This document shows, piece after piece, positions 19,370 to 29,641 of a stretch of 64,000 nt of DNA (within the stretch, counting starts at the first letter, position 1; every line of letters begins with the position of its first letter). The stretch comes from Candidatus Poribacteria bacterium (lineage in GTDB: Bacteria; Poribacteria; WGA-4E; WGA-3G): assembly GCA_963663765.2 (NCBI GenBank), contig CAXXUA010000011.1, forward strand, positions 1-64,000. Reading direction: 5' to 3'. The translations under genes were made by a program, and so were the position numbers. The notes under the pieces were generated by a model. It searched no databases. It saw nothing but the letters and a program-made list of their open reading frames with translations, and was not told where the DNA came from.

Positions 19370-19399
19370 TTGACACTTTTAAGCTGAATCTGTTATTAT
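19370..19399 (+). promoter_or_regulatory. Sigma70-like promoter
   Basis: TTGACA-18 nt-TATTAT with TG extension, upstream of 19436. Confidence 0.5.
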
Positions 19400-19435
19400 T
19401 ACGAAAAAAACGGTGAGCGACATTGGAGTGATCCC

Positions 19436-20446
19436 ATGAATGGTACACGGATTATTATACCCGCAAAACGTTCGGTTACACTTGAGGATTTTGAGCTGGA
19501 TGAAACGCTTGCACCGAACCAAGTCTTGCTAAAAATACATTACAGTTTAATCAGTCCTGGAACTGAGGGTGCTGGTTATACCGGTTTGAATAGTGGAACA
19601 AGATATCCACATGGATCCGGTTATACTGCTATCGGTGAAGTTCTTCAAGTAGGTGAATATGTAACGAAGTGTGGGATCGGTGACATGGTATTCAGTTATA
19701 GTCCACATGCTTCTATCGTCAAGACTAATTCAGTAATGTTGGCGTTTATGCGACCGTTAGACGTTGATGCAAAGTTAATTCCGTTTGTTCGGATGGCAAC
19801 GGTAGCAATGACTGCATTAAGGGTGTCATCGGCAGAATTTGGAGATACCGTGGTGGTCATCGGTTTGGGATTGGTTGGAAATTCTGCAGCGCAATTATTC
19901 AACTTAGCGGGAATGAATGTCATTAGCGTTGAGAAAGTTCCAGAAAGGATTCAAATTGCGCGGAAATGTGGTATTCAACATCTGATAAATTCGGACGAAG
20001 AGGATGTGCTTGAACGCGTTAGGGCATTAACTGATTCGCGGAAAGCGGAGGTAACAGTAGAAGCGATCGGTAATCCTCGTCTTGTGGAATTAGCATACCA
20101 GTTGACACGTACTAAAGGTGAAGTCATCCTTCTCGGTTCACCACGTGGAGAATATATTGCTAATGTAACAGAAATACTTAATTACACGCATCTTATTGGT
20201 AGAGGTGCGATTACACTCAAGAGTGCACATGAATGGGTATATCCAACTATGCACTCAGGGGAATCGAAGCACTCGTTGGAACGGAATTCACAGATTGTCT
20301 ACTCACTAATCAAAGCAGGTAAGTTCAAAGCTCAGGAGTTGTTGACACATACAATAGATCCAAAAGATGCACAATCTGCCTATGATGGTTTGACTGACCA
20401 AAGGGATAAGTATTTGGGTGTGATAATGGATTGGACAAATTATTAA
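19436..20446 (+). CDS. MDR (zinc-binding alcohol dehydrogenase family) oxidoreductase
   Basis: ISPGTE, GY..GEV, GLGLVG. Confidence 0.88.
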   Translation: MNGTRIIIPAKRSVTLEDFELDETLAPNQVLLKIHYSLISPGTEGAGYTGLNSGTRYPHGSGYTAIGEVLQVGEYVTKCGIGDMVFSYSPHASIVKTNSVMLAFMRPLDVDAKLIPFVRMATVAMTALRVSSAEFGDTVVVIGLGLVGNSAAQLFNLAGMNVISVEKVPERIQIARKCGIQHLINSDEEDVLERVRALTDSRKAEVTVEAIGNPRLVELAYQLTRTKGEVILLGSPRGEYIANVTEILNYTHLIGRGAITLKSAHEWVYPTMHSGESKHSLERNSQIVYSLIKAGKFKAQELLTHTIDPKDAQSAYDGLTDQRDKYLGVIMDWTNY

Positions 20447-20471
20447 AGAATTCTGAAGTATATAGTTAATT

Positions 20472-20969
20472 ATGAAAAACCTTCTTATCCTTCGTCATGC
20501 TAAATCCAGTTGGGATAATCCAACATTGTCTGATTATGATCGACCGTTGAATAAACGCGGTAGACGTGATGCTCCGCGCATGGGCAAACACATTCGACGA
20601 GAAAATATTGTTCCTGACCGTATTCTCACATCATCAGCGAAGCGTGCAAGAAAAACTGCATCAAAAGTTGCAAAGGCATGTGGATATGAGAGAAAAATCA
20701 AACGTTTGGATAATTTTTACCATGCAGCACCAAGTGTCTATATTGAAGAATTGCAAGCATTGCGTAATAAATATCAGCGTGTGATGGTTGTTGGACATAA
20801 TCCAACGATGGAACAACTTGTGCGACATCTGACAGGACAGATTTTGCCAATGCCTACTGCTGCGCTTGCTCATATTGAACTGCCAATTGAGGAATGGGAT
20901 ATGCTTGATACTTCTACCAGAGGGAAATTGGTTAATCTATGGACCCCCAAAACACTTTTTACAGATTGA
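20472..20969 (+). CDS. sixA: SixA-like histidine phosphatase
   Basis: LRHAKS, DRPL..RG, SSAKRA, VGHNP. Confidence 0.88.
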   Translation: MKNLLILRHAKSSWDNPTLSDYDRPLNKRGRRDAPRMGKHIRRENIVPDRILTSSAKRARKTASKVAKACGYERKIKRLDNFYHAAPSVYIEELQALRNKYQRVMVVGHNPTMEQLVRHLTGQILPMPTAALAHIELPIEEWDMLDTSTRGKLVNLWTPKTLFTD

Positions 20970-22336
20970 GTTCTCTGCCTGTTAGACTTTTGTTATTTCT
21001 CATTTTTGGACATTTCCTCCTCTTTCATTCCATTGCTGTTTCTGAAATTACTTTGGTATCATCTGCTGAAGATGCGCAATTTTTTCCTTCTGTTGTGGAT
21101 GATGGTAAAGGTGGAGTTATTGTGGTATGGGAAGATTATCGTACAGGAAAAGATTGGGATGTTTATGCTCAACGATTGCTGAATAACAGAACGGTGTGGC
21201 AACCCAATGGACTCCCTCTATCTCTTAAGGAACGAAATCAGCGGCGGTTGAGGACAGTACGGCACGGTTCACACGCAATCATTGCTTGGAACGATAGACG
21301 GCACGGAAGTAGTTGGGATATATATGCGCAAGCGGTAAATCTTGATGGTGATGTGCTGTGGGAGACGGATGGAATTCCGCTTTGTACAGATGTTGCTGAC
21401 CAATCCACACAAGCGATATTGAGTGATGGTAAAGGTGGTGTGATTGTTGTTTGGGAGGATGAACGTAAGAGTTCCGAATTCCAAGACCTATATATACAGC
21501 ATATCAATCCAGCTGGGAAAGTGAAGTGGGAACTGGACGGTATCCCTGTATTTCCATCTAAATCACTCCAGAGTGATCCGGTCCTAATTGCTGATGGTAT
21601 GAACGGGTTTTATGTTGTGTGGTGGGATGTTGTGAGATATGATGCGTGGCATATCATGGCTTATCGGTTGAGTTTTGGTGGTGAACCTATATGGGACGCA
21701 CCGCTGTTAATCACACCTACCGATGGTATGCAAGGGGATCCCCGAGTAGTATCTGATGGTGTTGGTGGTGTTATCGTTGTCTGGCAGATATATGAGGATT
21801 TCATCAACGATCAGTTTTATGCACAACGTATTACTGCTGATGGAAAGAAACTGTGGGAAGAAAAAGGTGTACCCATCTGTATTGCTGATGGAATTCAAAA
21901 ACACGCAACAATTGTCAACGATGGAAATGAAGGTATTATTGTTGTGTGGCGTGACGAACGTGATATATTTGGAGACTTGTATATGCAACGGGTCCGTTCC
22001 GATGGTACATTAGCGTGGGTAAAGGATGGTAAACCGCTTTGCACAGCAGGAGGACATCAGGATAAACCCTCCATCATCCGAACGGGTGAAGATCAGCTTT
22101 TTGTTGCGTGGTTGGATTTTAGGGGGGATTTTGGTGAGGAGAGTAAGGATGCTATCTACTGTCAGCAAATTAACATTGATGGCAAACTCTTGTGGGAGGA
22201 GGATGGCGTGCCGATATCTACAACTAAGGGACAGCATTCACCACCCGTTGTTGTTGGTATGGGTAATGGTGAATGGGTTGTTGTTTGGAGTAATAATCAA
22301 CGAGATAATGGAGATATATATCTGAAATGGTTTTAG
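20939..22336 (+). CDS. Secreted repeat protein, probable beta-propeller
   Basis: Hydrophobic N-terminus; about 7 repeats of DGxGGVIVVWEDxR...DIYAQR...G..LW..DG.P. Confidence 0.7.
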   Translation: MDPQNTFYRLSSLPVRLLLFLIFGHFLLFHSIAVSEITLVSSAEDAQFFPSVVDDGKGGVIVVWEDYRTGKDWDVYAQRLLNNRTVWQPNGLPLSLKERNQRRLRTVRHGSHAIIAWNDRRHGSSWDIYAQAVNLDGDVLWETDGIPLCTDVADQSTQAILSDGKGGVIVVWEDERKSSEFQDLYIQHINPAGKVKWELDGIPVFPSKSLQSDPVLIADGMNGFYVVWWDVVRYDAWHIMAYRLSFGGEPIWDAPLLITPTDGMQGDPRVVSDGVGGVIVVWQIYEDFINDQFYAQRITADGKKLWEEKGVPICIADGIQKHATIVNDGNEGIIVVWRDERDIFGDLYMQRVRSDGTLAWVKDGKPLCTAGGHQDKPSIIRTGEDQLFVAWLDFRGDFGEESKDAIYCQQINIDGKLLWEEDGVPISTTKGQHSPPVVVGMGNGEWVVVWSNNQRDNGDIYLKWF

Positions 22337-22357
22337 ATCGATTTTTTGGTAAATAGT

Positions 22358-23305
22358 TTATCTTTTCCACCACGGTTTTTTGTCTTGATACGATGCGAAT
22401 AATTTTGAAATGTTCTTGTCCTTTTTGTCTATTCGCAAAACTTCTTCACATGCATAGATCACCTGCTGTTTGTCAGCATCAGCACCTTTTTCTTGAAATA
22501 AGTGATGATAGGTTTGTGCAATAGCAGTATAATATTTTACCCTATCAATATCGTCTGGTACTTCCGCGGGTAGAGCATTAATTGTAGCTGCCGCTTCATT
22601 CCATGACTCAAGTTCAGCATAACAGATAACCTTTTGAAAAAGTGTGTTTTGTTTTGATTTGTCAAGCCAATACGCTTGATCATAACATTCTATTGCTTCA
22701 GAATGAGCAGAATTATCAATATGGAGTTGAGCAAGTGCGATATAAAACGCGTGTAATCCACTTTCAGCGATAGAATATAGTTCATCACCTGTATTGATAA
22801 GCCATTCCCTTTCTATAAGAAAATCAATTGCCGAATTGCGTTCTGCTTCTGTGATACTGATGTCTGTGAGGAGATGTTTTGCGACTGCGGCGTTTGGGAA
22901 AATCTTTGTCCGACTTTTCATGAGTGGATATGCCTGTATTGGTTTATCCATTGCTATGAGTTTGATTCCTGTTGCTATACGAAACAGTGATACTATTTGA
23001 TCACTATTTTGACGTGACATTTGGTCTGTAATTTGTTCATGGTTCTGTGTGAAGTATTGATTGAGATTGTCAACTGCATCTCTGATTTCTTTGTTTTCCG
23101 GATCAAGTTTGTGCGCGTGGGATAAGAATCTTTGTGCAGCGAAGAGTTCTCCCCAATTTTGATAGATGTGTCCGAGTTTGAGATAAGCTTGGGCAAGCGT
23201 TGTGTGATCGTTGTCACTGCGTATGATTTCCTCATAGGTTTGTATTGCTTCTGCTATTTTTGCTTCAGATGCTAATTTATTAGCACGTTCAAGTAAGTTT
23301 GACAT
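22358..23305 (-). CDS. Tetratricopeptide repeat protein
   Basis: AQAYLKLGHIY...AHKLDPEN and similar helical repeats. Confidence 0.75.
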   Translation of the reverse strand: MSNLLERANKLASEAKIAEAIQTYEEIIRSDNDHTTLAQAYLKLGHIYQNWGELFAAQRFLSHAHKLDPENKEIRDAVDNLNQYFTQNHEQITDQMSRQNSDQIVSLFRIATGIKLIAMDKPIQAYPLMKSRTKIFPNAAVAKHLLTDISITEAERNSAIDFLIEREWLINTGDELYSIAESGLHAFYIALAQLHIDNSAHSEAIECYDQAYWLDKSKQNTLFQKVICYAELESWNEAAATINALPAEVPDDIDRVKYYTAIAQTYHHLFQEKGADADKQQVIYACEEVLRIDKKDKNISKLFASYQDKKPWWKR

Positions 23306-23356
23306 AGGTTATTGCTGTTTTTAACTGAAGATACAATTATGGTGGTAGCCAGTGAT

Positions 23357-24319
23357 TCACCTTCCCATTATTAACTTTATACACATCATCTCAAGTGCAA
23401 AGATTTTGGTGACATTGGTATTTTGTATGGATGATTTTGTTTGAAAAATAGTTTTGATAGCTCGTTGGAGTCGGATGTGAGAATAGTGTGGCACATAAGT
23501 TTTCAGTGTATCAATTGCATTGATGTGTGTGAACAGTTCTTTTGGAGCGTCTTGATGTAGCATTAGCAGGTCGCGATACCATGTTATCAGATCATCTAAA
23601 CTATCAATGTTCTTTTCAAATTGTTCCGCTAAACGAAATGCTGCTAACGGGTCAGTTTCCATAAGGATTTCTGGCATAGGTTCGCTTTCGGTCATATCTT
23701 TTTCTATAAGTGTTATGGCTTTGCCTACTACTCCGCGCGCGAGAATTGCTGCATCTGAAGCGGTCTGTGTATCAATAGAGAATCGTTCTACTAATGCTTC
23801 TGTTAGTTCTTCTGTAGGCAGTGTATTAAATGTGAGTATTTGGCAGCGGGACCGAATTGTGGGCAGCATAGATATTAGGTTTTCGGTCAATAGTATTAGC
23901 GTTGATGCAGCGGGGGGTTCTTCAAGCGTTTTCAAAAGTGCGTTGGCTGCTGAGTCGTTCATCCGTTCGGTATTTGCTAAGATATATATTTTTCTTGTGC
24001 CTTCAAGGGGTTGATAGATTATCTCGCGTTGTATATTGCGAATTTGGTCAATCTTCATCTGTGCACCGTCAGGACGTATAATACGTAAGTCTGGATGGTT
24101 GCTATTTTTTATTTTTCGGCACGCGCTGCATTCCTTACATGGTGTTAAACCTTCCGTAGTTCCTTCACAGAGTATTAAATTAGCGAAATATAGTGCTACA
24201 GTCTCTTTACCGACACCTTGTTGCCCTGTGAACAAGTATGCCCCTGCTACGCGTTCTGATACGACAGCGTTTTTAAGTTGTGTGACAATCTGTTTATGAC
24301 CGATTATTGGATTTTCCAT
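23357..24319 (-). CDS. holB: DNA polymerase III delta prime subunit
   Basis: GQQGVGK, Cys4 zinc module, HPD, ANALLKTLEEP, TIRSRC. Confidence 0.95.
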   Translation of the reverse strand: MENPIIGHKQIVTQLKNAVVSERVAGAYLFTGQQGVGKETVALYFANLILCEGTTEGLTPCKECSACRKIKNSNHPDLRIIRPDGAQMKIDQIRNIQREIIYQPLEGTRKIYILANTERMNDSAANALLKTLEEPPAASTLILLTENLISMLPTIRSRCQILTFNTLPTEELTEALVERFSIDTQTASDAAILARGVVGKAITLIEKDMTESEPMPEILMETDPLAAFRLAEQFEKNIDSLDDLITWYRDLLMLHQDAPKELFTHINAIDTLKTYVPHYSHIRLQRAIKTIFQTKSSIQNTNVTKIFALEMMCIKLIMGR

Positions 24320-24698
24320 TTTTTGTTGATTTTGTATAAATTATAGATTTCTTCAGTATACGACGTTAGAGTTAAATCGGTAATTCTATGTAACCCTGGT
24401 AGGCGTGCTTTCAAATCCGGGGTTGAAACCCCTCCCACAAGAGATTAAAATCATTAAATTGACGTTCATGTGTTCCGTTTCTGCACAACCTAATTGAAGA
24501 AAATAAATTACTTTGGGTAATTCTACTAACCAGCCACGGTAGGTGTGCTTTGTAAGGGCGCTGGTATGTCAAAACGCCACAGCGCGCTAACAAAGCACCA
24601 AATCAAGTAATCAAGTAATCAAGAAATCAACGGTATGAATGCCTTTTGGCATTCCCCGCCTACCGTTTTTGCGTAAGTTCTGACTATACAGCAGATTG

Positions 24699-25598
24699 TT
24701 ATACATCCAGCATATCTAGGAAAGTATCAAGATTTTGTACTTTTGATGCTGCGGAGTGTAGTTCTTCCAATCGTTGTAAATCATCTATACTTTCAACTTT
24801 TTTAGATATGTTTTTGACAGCATCTTCAGAAAATTTGCTTTCAAGCAATGCTAAAATGTGTCTAATTGTAGTATTCCTTGCCCCTTGTTCAATGCCTTGT
24901 GCAATGCCTTGTGCAATGAATTGTTCACGAAGCAATTGGTAATATTTAGATTCTTGCATGATTTCCTCCGGTATGTGTCTTTTGAAGAGTTCAGCATCAT
25001 GGACTATACTCCCGAAAAGAGATAAAGCACAGAGCAAATCGCTTTGCATCTGTTGATCAGTTGAGACAGCAATTGCTGCATCAATACAATCTTGAACCCA
25101 CTTTTCTGTATCCATTCCTGTTTTGGGTTTCATAAGCGGCAGGAACGGTAGCAATCCGGGGGTCTGCTTTTCCAAGATCGTTTGACCATCTATCTGGGAA
25201 AGTCTGATCACCTTATACTGTAACTTATATTCATAACCTTGCCAACTATATTTGTAAATTCCAGTGTCGTTTCTTCCCGCATTCGGGTGAAAATAAATAA
25301 CATTAGAATAAACAGGTAACTGATGTTCACCAACAAGGTAACCGTGATAAGCTGCGTTTCGTGCCCACATCGGTTTTTGCGTGCTATCACGAAGATGCAA
25401 TTCAATGTGTAAAATTGCATCTTGATTATTTACACGAATACGTTTGGTGCTATCAGTGCGTTGTCCAACGATTATTTGCTGTTCTGTATCAATGTTTTCG
25501 ATCACTTCAACGTCTGTCACGCCGAGGACAAACTGAGAGATATCGGTGGCATAATCTGTTAACAGATTTTTCACCATATTATCGTAGTCTTGTGCCAT
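24699..25598 (-). CDS. Rpn-family (PD-(D/E)XK, recombination-promoting nuclease-like) protein
   Basis: YDNMVK, RTD...LHIELH, GLLPFLPLM, MQESKYYQ, QGIAQGIEQG repeats, helical C-terminal domain. Confidence 0.8.
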   Translation of the reverse strand: MAQDYDNMVKNLLTDYATDISQFVLGVTDVEVIENIDTEQQIIVGQRTDSTKRIRVNNQDAILHIELHLRDSTQKPMWARNAAYHGYLVGEHQLPVYSNVIYFHPNAGRNDTGIYKYSWQGYEYKLQYKVIRLSQIDGQTILEKQTPGLLPFLPLMKPKTGMDTEKWVQDCIDAAIAVSTDQQMQSDLLCALSLFGSIVHDAELFKRHIPEEIMQESKYYQLLREQFIAQGIAQGIEQGARNTTIRHILALLESKFSEDAVKNISKKVESIDDLQRLEELHSAASKVQNLDTFLDMLDV

Positions 25599-25795
25599 AT
25601 ATGTATTATATACTGAAAAGGCGAAATTTTCAAGATAAACAAAATTTAATTAGGGTTATTTAGGGATAAGAATTTTGATTTTCAGGTTAACTTTTAGTTT
25701 ATTTTTTGCTCAATTTTATTGCCAAATTAAGAAATCAACGGTATGATTCCCATTTAGATATTCCCCTGGTATGAATACAATTTAACATTCTGCAT

Positions 25796-26446
25796 TTACC
25801 GTGTGGCAGTTTGCGTAACGATATTTTGTGCTAACAGCATTCGCTTTTTTGTTTCATTGACAAGGAGTTGATGTATAGAATTTTCGTCAAGTTGTGCGTT
25901 TATGAGTATTACACGTTGTGGTTCCGCTGTTGCGACTGTTAAATATCCCTCTCTCACTTTTTTGTGGGATGCAAGTGTTTCGTGTTCAAGGCGGGTTAAG
26001 GGTTCATCAGAATCTCGTTTGCGTTGTAGTCCGATTTCGGGGGGTAGGTCAAGAATAAAAGTTATGTCTGGAACTAATCCTGCTGTTGCAATATGATTTA
26101 CCTGTTCAATGAGTTTCAGGTCAATTCCTTTTCGATAGCCTTGGTATGCCACAGTTGCATCGCTAAACCTATCGCAAATGACAATCCTGCCAGAGTTTAA
26201 ACTGGGTAGTATGAGTTCGGTGACGTGTTGTGCTCTTGCTGCAGCTATCAGTAGCAATTCTGTTGTTGCTGCCATATTTGAATCTGAAAGAAAAATGTTC
26301 CGAATCTGTTCTGAAATCGGGGTGCCACCCGGTTCGCGTGTGACTATTACGTCTCCATCAAGTGCTTCTGCTAAACGGTGTATCTGTGATGTTTTTCCTG
26401 CACCTTCAACACCTTCTAATGTTATGAAAAAGCCGTTGTGTTTCAT
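25796..26446 (-). CDS. tmk: Thymidylate kinase
   Basis: FITLEGVEGAGKT, TREPGGT, CDRFSDATVAYQG. Confidence 0.97.
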   Translation of the reverse strand: MKHNGFFITLEGVEGAGKTSQIHRLAEALDGDVIVTREPGGTPISEQIRNIFLSDSNMAATTELLLIAAARAQHVTELILPSLNSGRIVICDRFSDATVAYQGYRKGIDLKLIEQVNHIATAGLVPDITFILDLPPEIGLQRKRDSDEPLTRLEHETLASHKKVREGYLTVATAEPQRVILINAQLDENSIHQLLVNETKKRMLLAQNIVTQTATR

Positions 26447-26481
26447 TCAGAATTATCTTTCTATTTGCAGAATTATCTTTT

Positions 26482-28416
26482 CTATTTGCGTATTAGCATT
26501 TTGCGGGTAGCAGAAAAATCTCCTGCATCAATAGTGTAAAAGTAAACACCACTGCTGACGAGTTCTCCGCTATCATTGCGTCCATCCCAATGCGCTGCTT
26601 GTACCTGTGATGCATAAGTTCCTGCTGCCAAAGTGCCAAGTGCTAATGTTTTTACCAAGTTTCCAGTTGTGTCATGAATGTGAATTGTAACATCGGTCTC
26701 ATTAGCTAATTGAAAGGGTACCCATGTTTCTGGATTGAATGGATTTGGGTAGTTTTGTAGTAGTTGATTCCGTTTTATCTGACCAAGTGTAACGATTTTT
26801 TTCCCTTTAGGTTCAACATCCATTTTAACTTGTGTCTGAGAACGGTGTTTGAAAATCTGCAATCGTAACTCGGTTTCCAGTGCTTTCACTTCCGATCTTC
26901 CTGCGAGATTGTTTGTTTCTTCAGGATCACTATTTACGTCAAATAATAGATAGGGTTTTGCGCGACTGTTTAGTGCAAGTTTCCATTCTTGATTTAGGAG
27001 CATTGTTTCTCCTTCAATCTGTGAGATTGCGAAATCACGGTGTGTAACATTGGTATCTTGTAGTACAGGACATAAAGATTTGCCGAACTGTTGATAGTTT
27101 ATTTCACCTCCTGCCAGTTCAACAAGGGTTGGTCCGATGTCAATCCATTCCACGGGACTATCACAGACACGGTCAAGTGTGGGATTGTTTAGCGTATCTG
27201 GTGTGCGCACAAGGCATGGAATTCGCACGGAGCCGTTGAGGAAATTGCTTTTGTAAATCAGTCCGTAATCCCCGTTCATTTCACCATGATCAGAGCATAC
27301 GACAATCACGGTATTATCAAGTGCACCGCGGTCCTGTATTGTTTGTAGGATTTCACCTATCTGATCGTCAATCATTGTGACGTTACCTGCGTAGTCAGCT
27401 CGCAGTCTTTCTACTTCGCCCTGTTCAAAATTAGGACTCCTGCGATTTGTTTGCATGAGATTATCCAAATGTCCAACCTCTCTACCGCCAGTGGGTGGTC
27501 GGGGTACTGCTGGTGGCATAGTATGTGGGTCATACATGCTTGCGTACGGTTCAGGTGTATCCCATGGTTCGTGAGGTCCACCGAAACTGACCCAACAACA
27601 CCAAGGTTCTTCACGACTATAGTCTTTTATGTATTGCTTTGCTTGCTGTCCAACATAAACATCAGCGTCGTATTCCAGTCCAAGGATGGTTGGACGGATA
27701 ACATGGGGTTTAGTACTGAAACGTTCTTCAAGGTCAGCACGGTAAGCCTCCCATAGTCCTTTTTCTTGCCAGATTGCGGTCATGTGCGATAGTACACGTC
27801 GACTAGCTCTGGGACCTGGAATCTCGTCCACATCGTCTAATCCATACGCATGCATCAAGTGTTCACGCGTACGTAAATCTACACCGTTAGAGTGGGGAGT
27901 AAAGTGTGTCTTTCCAAAAACACTCGTGCGATACCCCGCATCGCGCACGGTTTGCATCCAAGTCGGCGTATCTGGTGACATTGTGTGGGTGCTATTGTTC
28001 CAAACACCTGTGTTGTGTGAGTATAGACCTGTTGCCAAGTTGAGTCGTGCTGGAATACAGACAGGCGATGTTGTAACACAGTTGGTAAATCGGACACCTT
28101 CATTTGCGATTCTATCCATATTTGGTGTCTGGACCCAGTCACCACTACAACTCATTGCGTCCCAACGTTGTTGATCTGTCATGATTAAGAGGATGTTCGG
28201 TTTTGCATCAACGTTTGCATTTTGGACATTCTGTGCGACTGCGTTTGAACCCAAAAGTGATAATGTACTTGCTCCAGCAATACTGAGTTTTTTTATAAAC
28301 GTTCTGCGGTTGATGTTATCAGGTCCTGTTGGCGTTCGGTTTTCTGTATTTTTGTTATTCTGGTCATTTATAAGTACAGGCATTGGCATTTCTCCGATAT
28401 ATTTTTCTGAATCCAC
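26482..28416 (-). CDS. Formylglycine-dependent sulfatase with Tat signal and FlgD/T9SS-type-A-like C-terminal domain
   Basis: NRRTFIK; TDQQR; CIPAR (CxPxR); GKTH; SDHG; QNYPNPFNPETW...WDGRN...SGVYFY...TRKMLIRK. Confidence 0.9.
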   Translation of the reverse strand: MDSEKYIGEMPMPVLINDQNNKNTENRTPTGPDNINRRTFIKKLSIAGASTLSLLGSNAVAQNVQNANVDAKPNILLIMTDQQRWDAMSCSGDWVQTPNMDRIANEGVRFTNCVTTSPVCIPARLNLATGLYSHNTGVWNNSTHTMSPDTPTWMQTVRDAGYRTSVFGKTHFTPHSNGVDLRTREHLMHAYGLDDVDEIPGPRASRRVLSHMTAIWQEKGLWEAYRADLEERFSTKPHVIRPTILGLEYDADVYVGQQAKQYIKDYSREEPWCCWVSFGGPHEPWDTPEPYASMYDPHTMPPAVPRPPTGGREVGHLDNLMQTNRRSPNFEQGEVERLRADYAGNVTMIDDQIGEILQTIQDRGALDNTVIVVCSDHGEMNGDYGLIYKSNFLNGSVRIPCLVRTPDTLNNPTLDRVCDSPVEWIDIGPTLVELAGGEINYQQFGKSLCPVLQDTNVTHRDFAISQIEGETMLLNQEWKLALNSRAKPYLLFDVNSDPEETNNLAGRSEVKALETELRLQIFKHRSQTQVKMDVEPKGKKIVTLGQIKRNQLLQNYPNPFNPETWVPFQLANETDVTIHIHDTTGNLVKTLALGTLAAGTYASQVQAAHWDGRNDSGELVSSGVYFYTIDAGDFSATRKMLIRK

Positions 28417-28678
28417 TACCCAAGAAGTTGTATGTAGTTGTAAAATTTACATTTAATTATTGATTGAATATCCTCTCAAATAATGCTATTATATTACCAT
28501 AAATGTTTCCTTATGACAACTAACAAATTATAATCAAGAGTGTCATTATTTTTTGCATTTGTATGATCGATCATGGTCAGGTATAAAGCAAAACTGTTTC
28601 ACTCGCTTAAAATAAACAATAAATATACACATAACTAAAATTATACTCAAAAACTGTAATAAAACACATTGGAGAAAA

Positions 28679-29641
28679 ATGAAAACAGTAACATTTCACG
28701 GCATTGTCGCTGCGAGACAAATCCTAAACCCATATTTACAACCGACACCATTACGATACTATGAGGAATTATCTGAACAACTTGGATTTCAAGCTTATGT
28801 TAAGCATGAGAATCACTTACCGACCGGAAGCTTTAAGGTTCGCGGTGGTATAAACTTCATGGCGAATTTACCTGCAAAACAGAAAAAGCAGGGAGTAGTT
28901 ACTGCAACGCGTGGGAATCACGGTCAATCAATCGCTTATGCTGCGGGACAGTTTGGTGTGAAAGCGACAATAGTAGTTCCGCATGGGAACAACTCGGAGA
29001 AAAACAGCGCGATGCGTGCCATGGGTGCAGAACTGATTGAACACGGTAAGGATTTTGATGAAGCACTTGTTTTGTGTGAGAAACTTCAGGAAGAACAAGG
29101 TTTATACTACGTTCATCCGTGCATGGAACCAGCGCTTGTCCACGGTGTTGGTACTTATTCGCTTGAGATATTTGAAAGTCTTCCTGATGTACACACAATA
29201 ATAGTGCCTATAGGCGGTGGTAGTGGAGTTTGTGGTACAATTAACGTTGCAAAAGCGATCAATCCTAATGTTAAAGTCATCGGTGTTCAGGCAGAGAATG
29301 CCCCTGCTGTTTACTCTTCATGGAAAGCGGGAAAGCATATTGAGACCGAGTCATGCAATACAATTGCGGATGGTTTGGCAACGCGTATTCCATTTCCGAT
29401 ACCGTTCTCAATTATCAAAGAAGGCGTTCACGACATTGTATTGGTAAGTGAAGATGAACTCCGTGATGCGATTCGGTCTGCGTTACGCTATACACATAAT
29501 TTAGCAGAGGGTGCAGGTGTTGCGTCACTTGCTGCTGCATATAAACTGTCAGATACTTTGACAGGTCAGAACGTTGCTATTATAATGAGTGGTGGTAATT
29601 TGGATATGAAGACTCTACAGGAAGTGCTTTCTCAGTCGTAA
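28679..29641 (+). CDS. Threonine/serine dehydratase family PLP enzyme
   Basis: KHEN..TGSFKVRG, TRGNHGQ, PIGGGSG, SGGN. Confidence 0.9.
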   Translation: MKTVTFHGIVAARQILNPYLQPTPLRYYEELSEQLGFQAYVKHENHLPTGSFKVRGGINFMANLPAKQKKQGVVTATRGNHGQSIAYAAGQFGVKATIVVPHGNNSEKNSAMRAMGAELIEHGKDFDEALVLCEKLQEEQGLYYVHPCMEPALVHGVGTYSLEIFESLPDVHTIIVPIGGGSGVCGTINVAKAINPNVKVIGVQAENAPAVYSSWKAGKHIETESCNTIADGLATRIPFPIPFSIIKEGVHDIVLVSEDELRDAIRSALRYTHNLAEGAGVASLAAAYKLSDTLTGQNVAIIMSGGNLDMKTLQEVLSQS

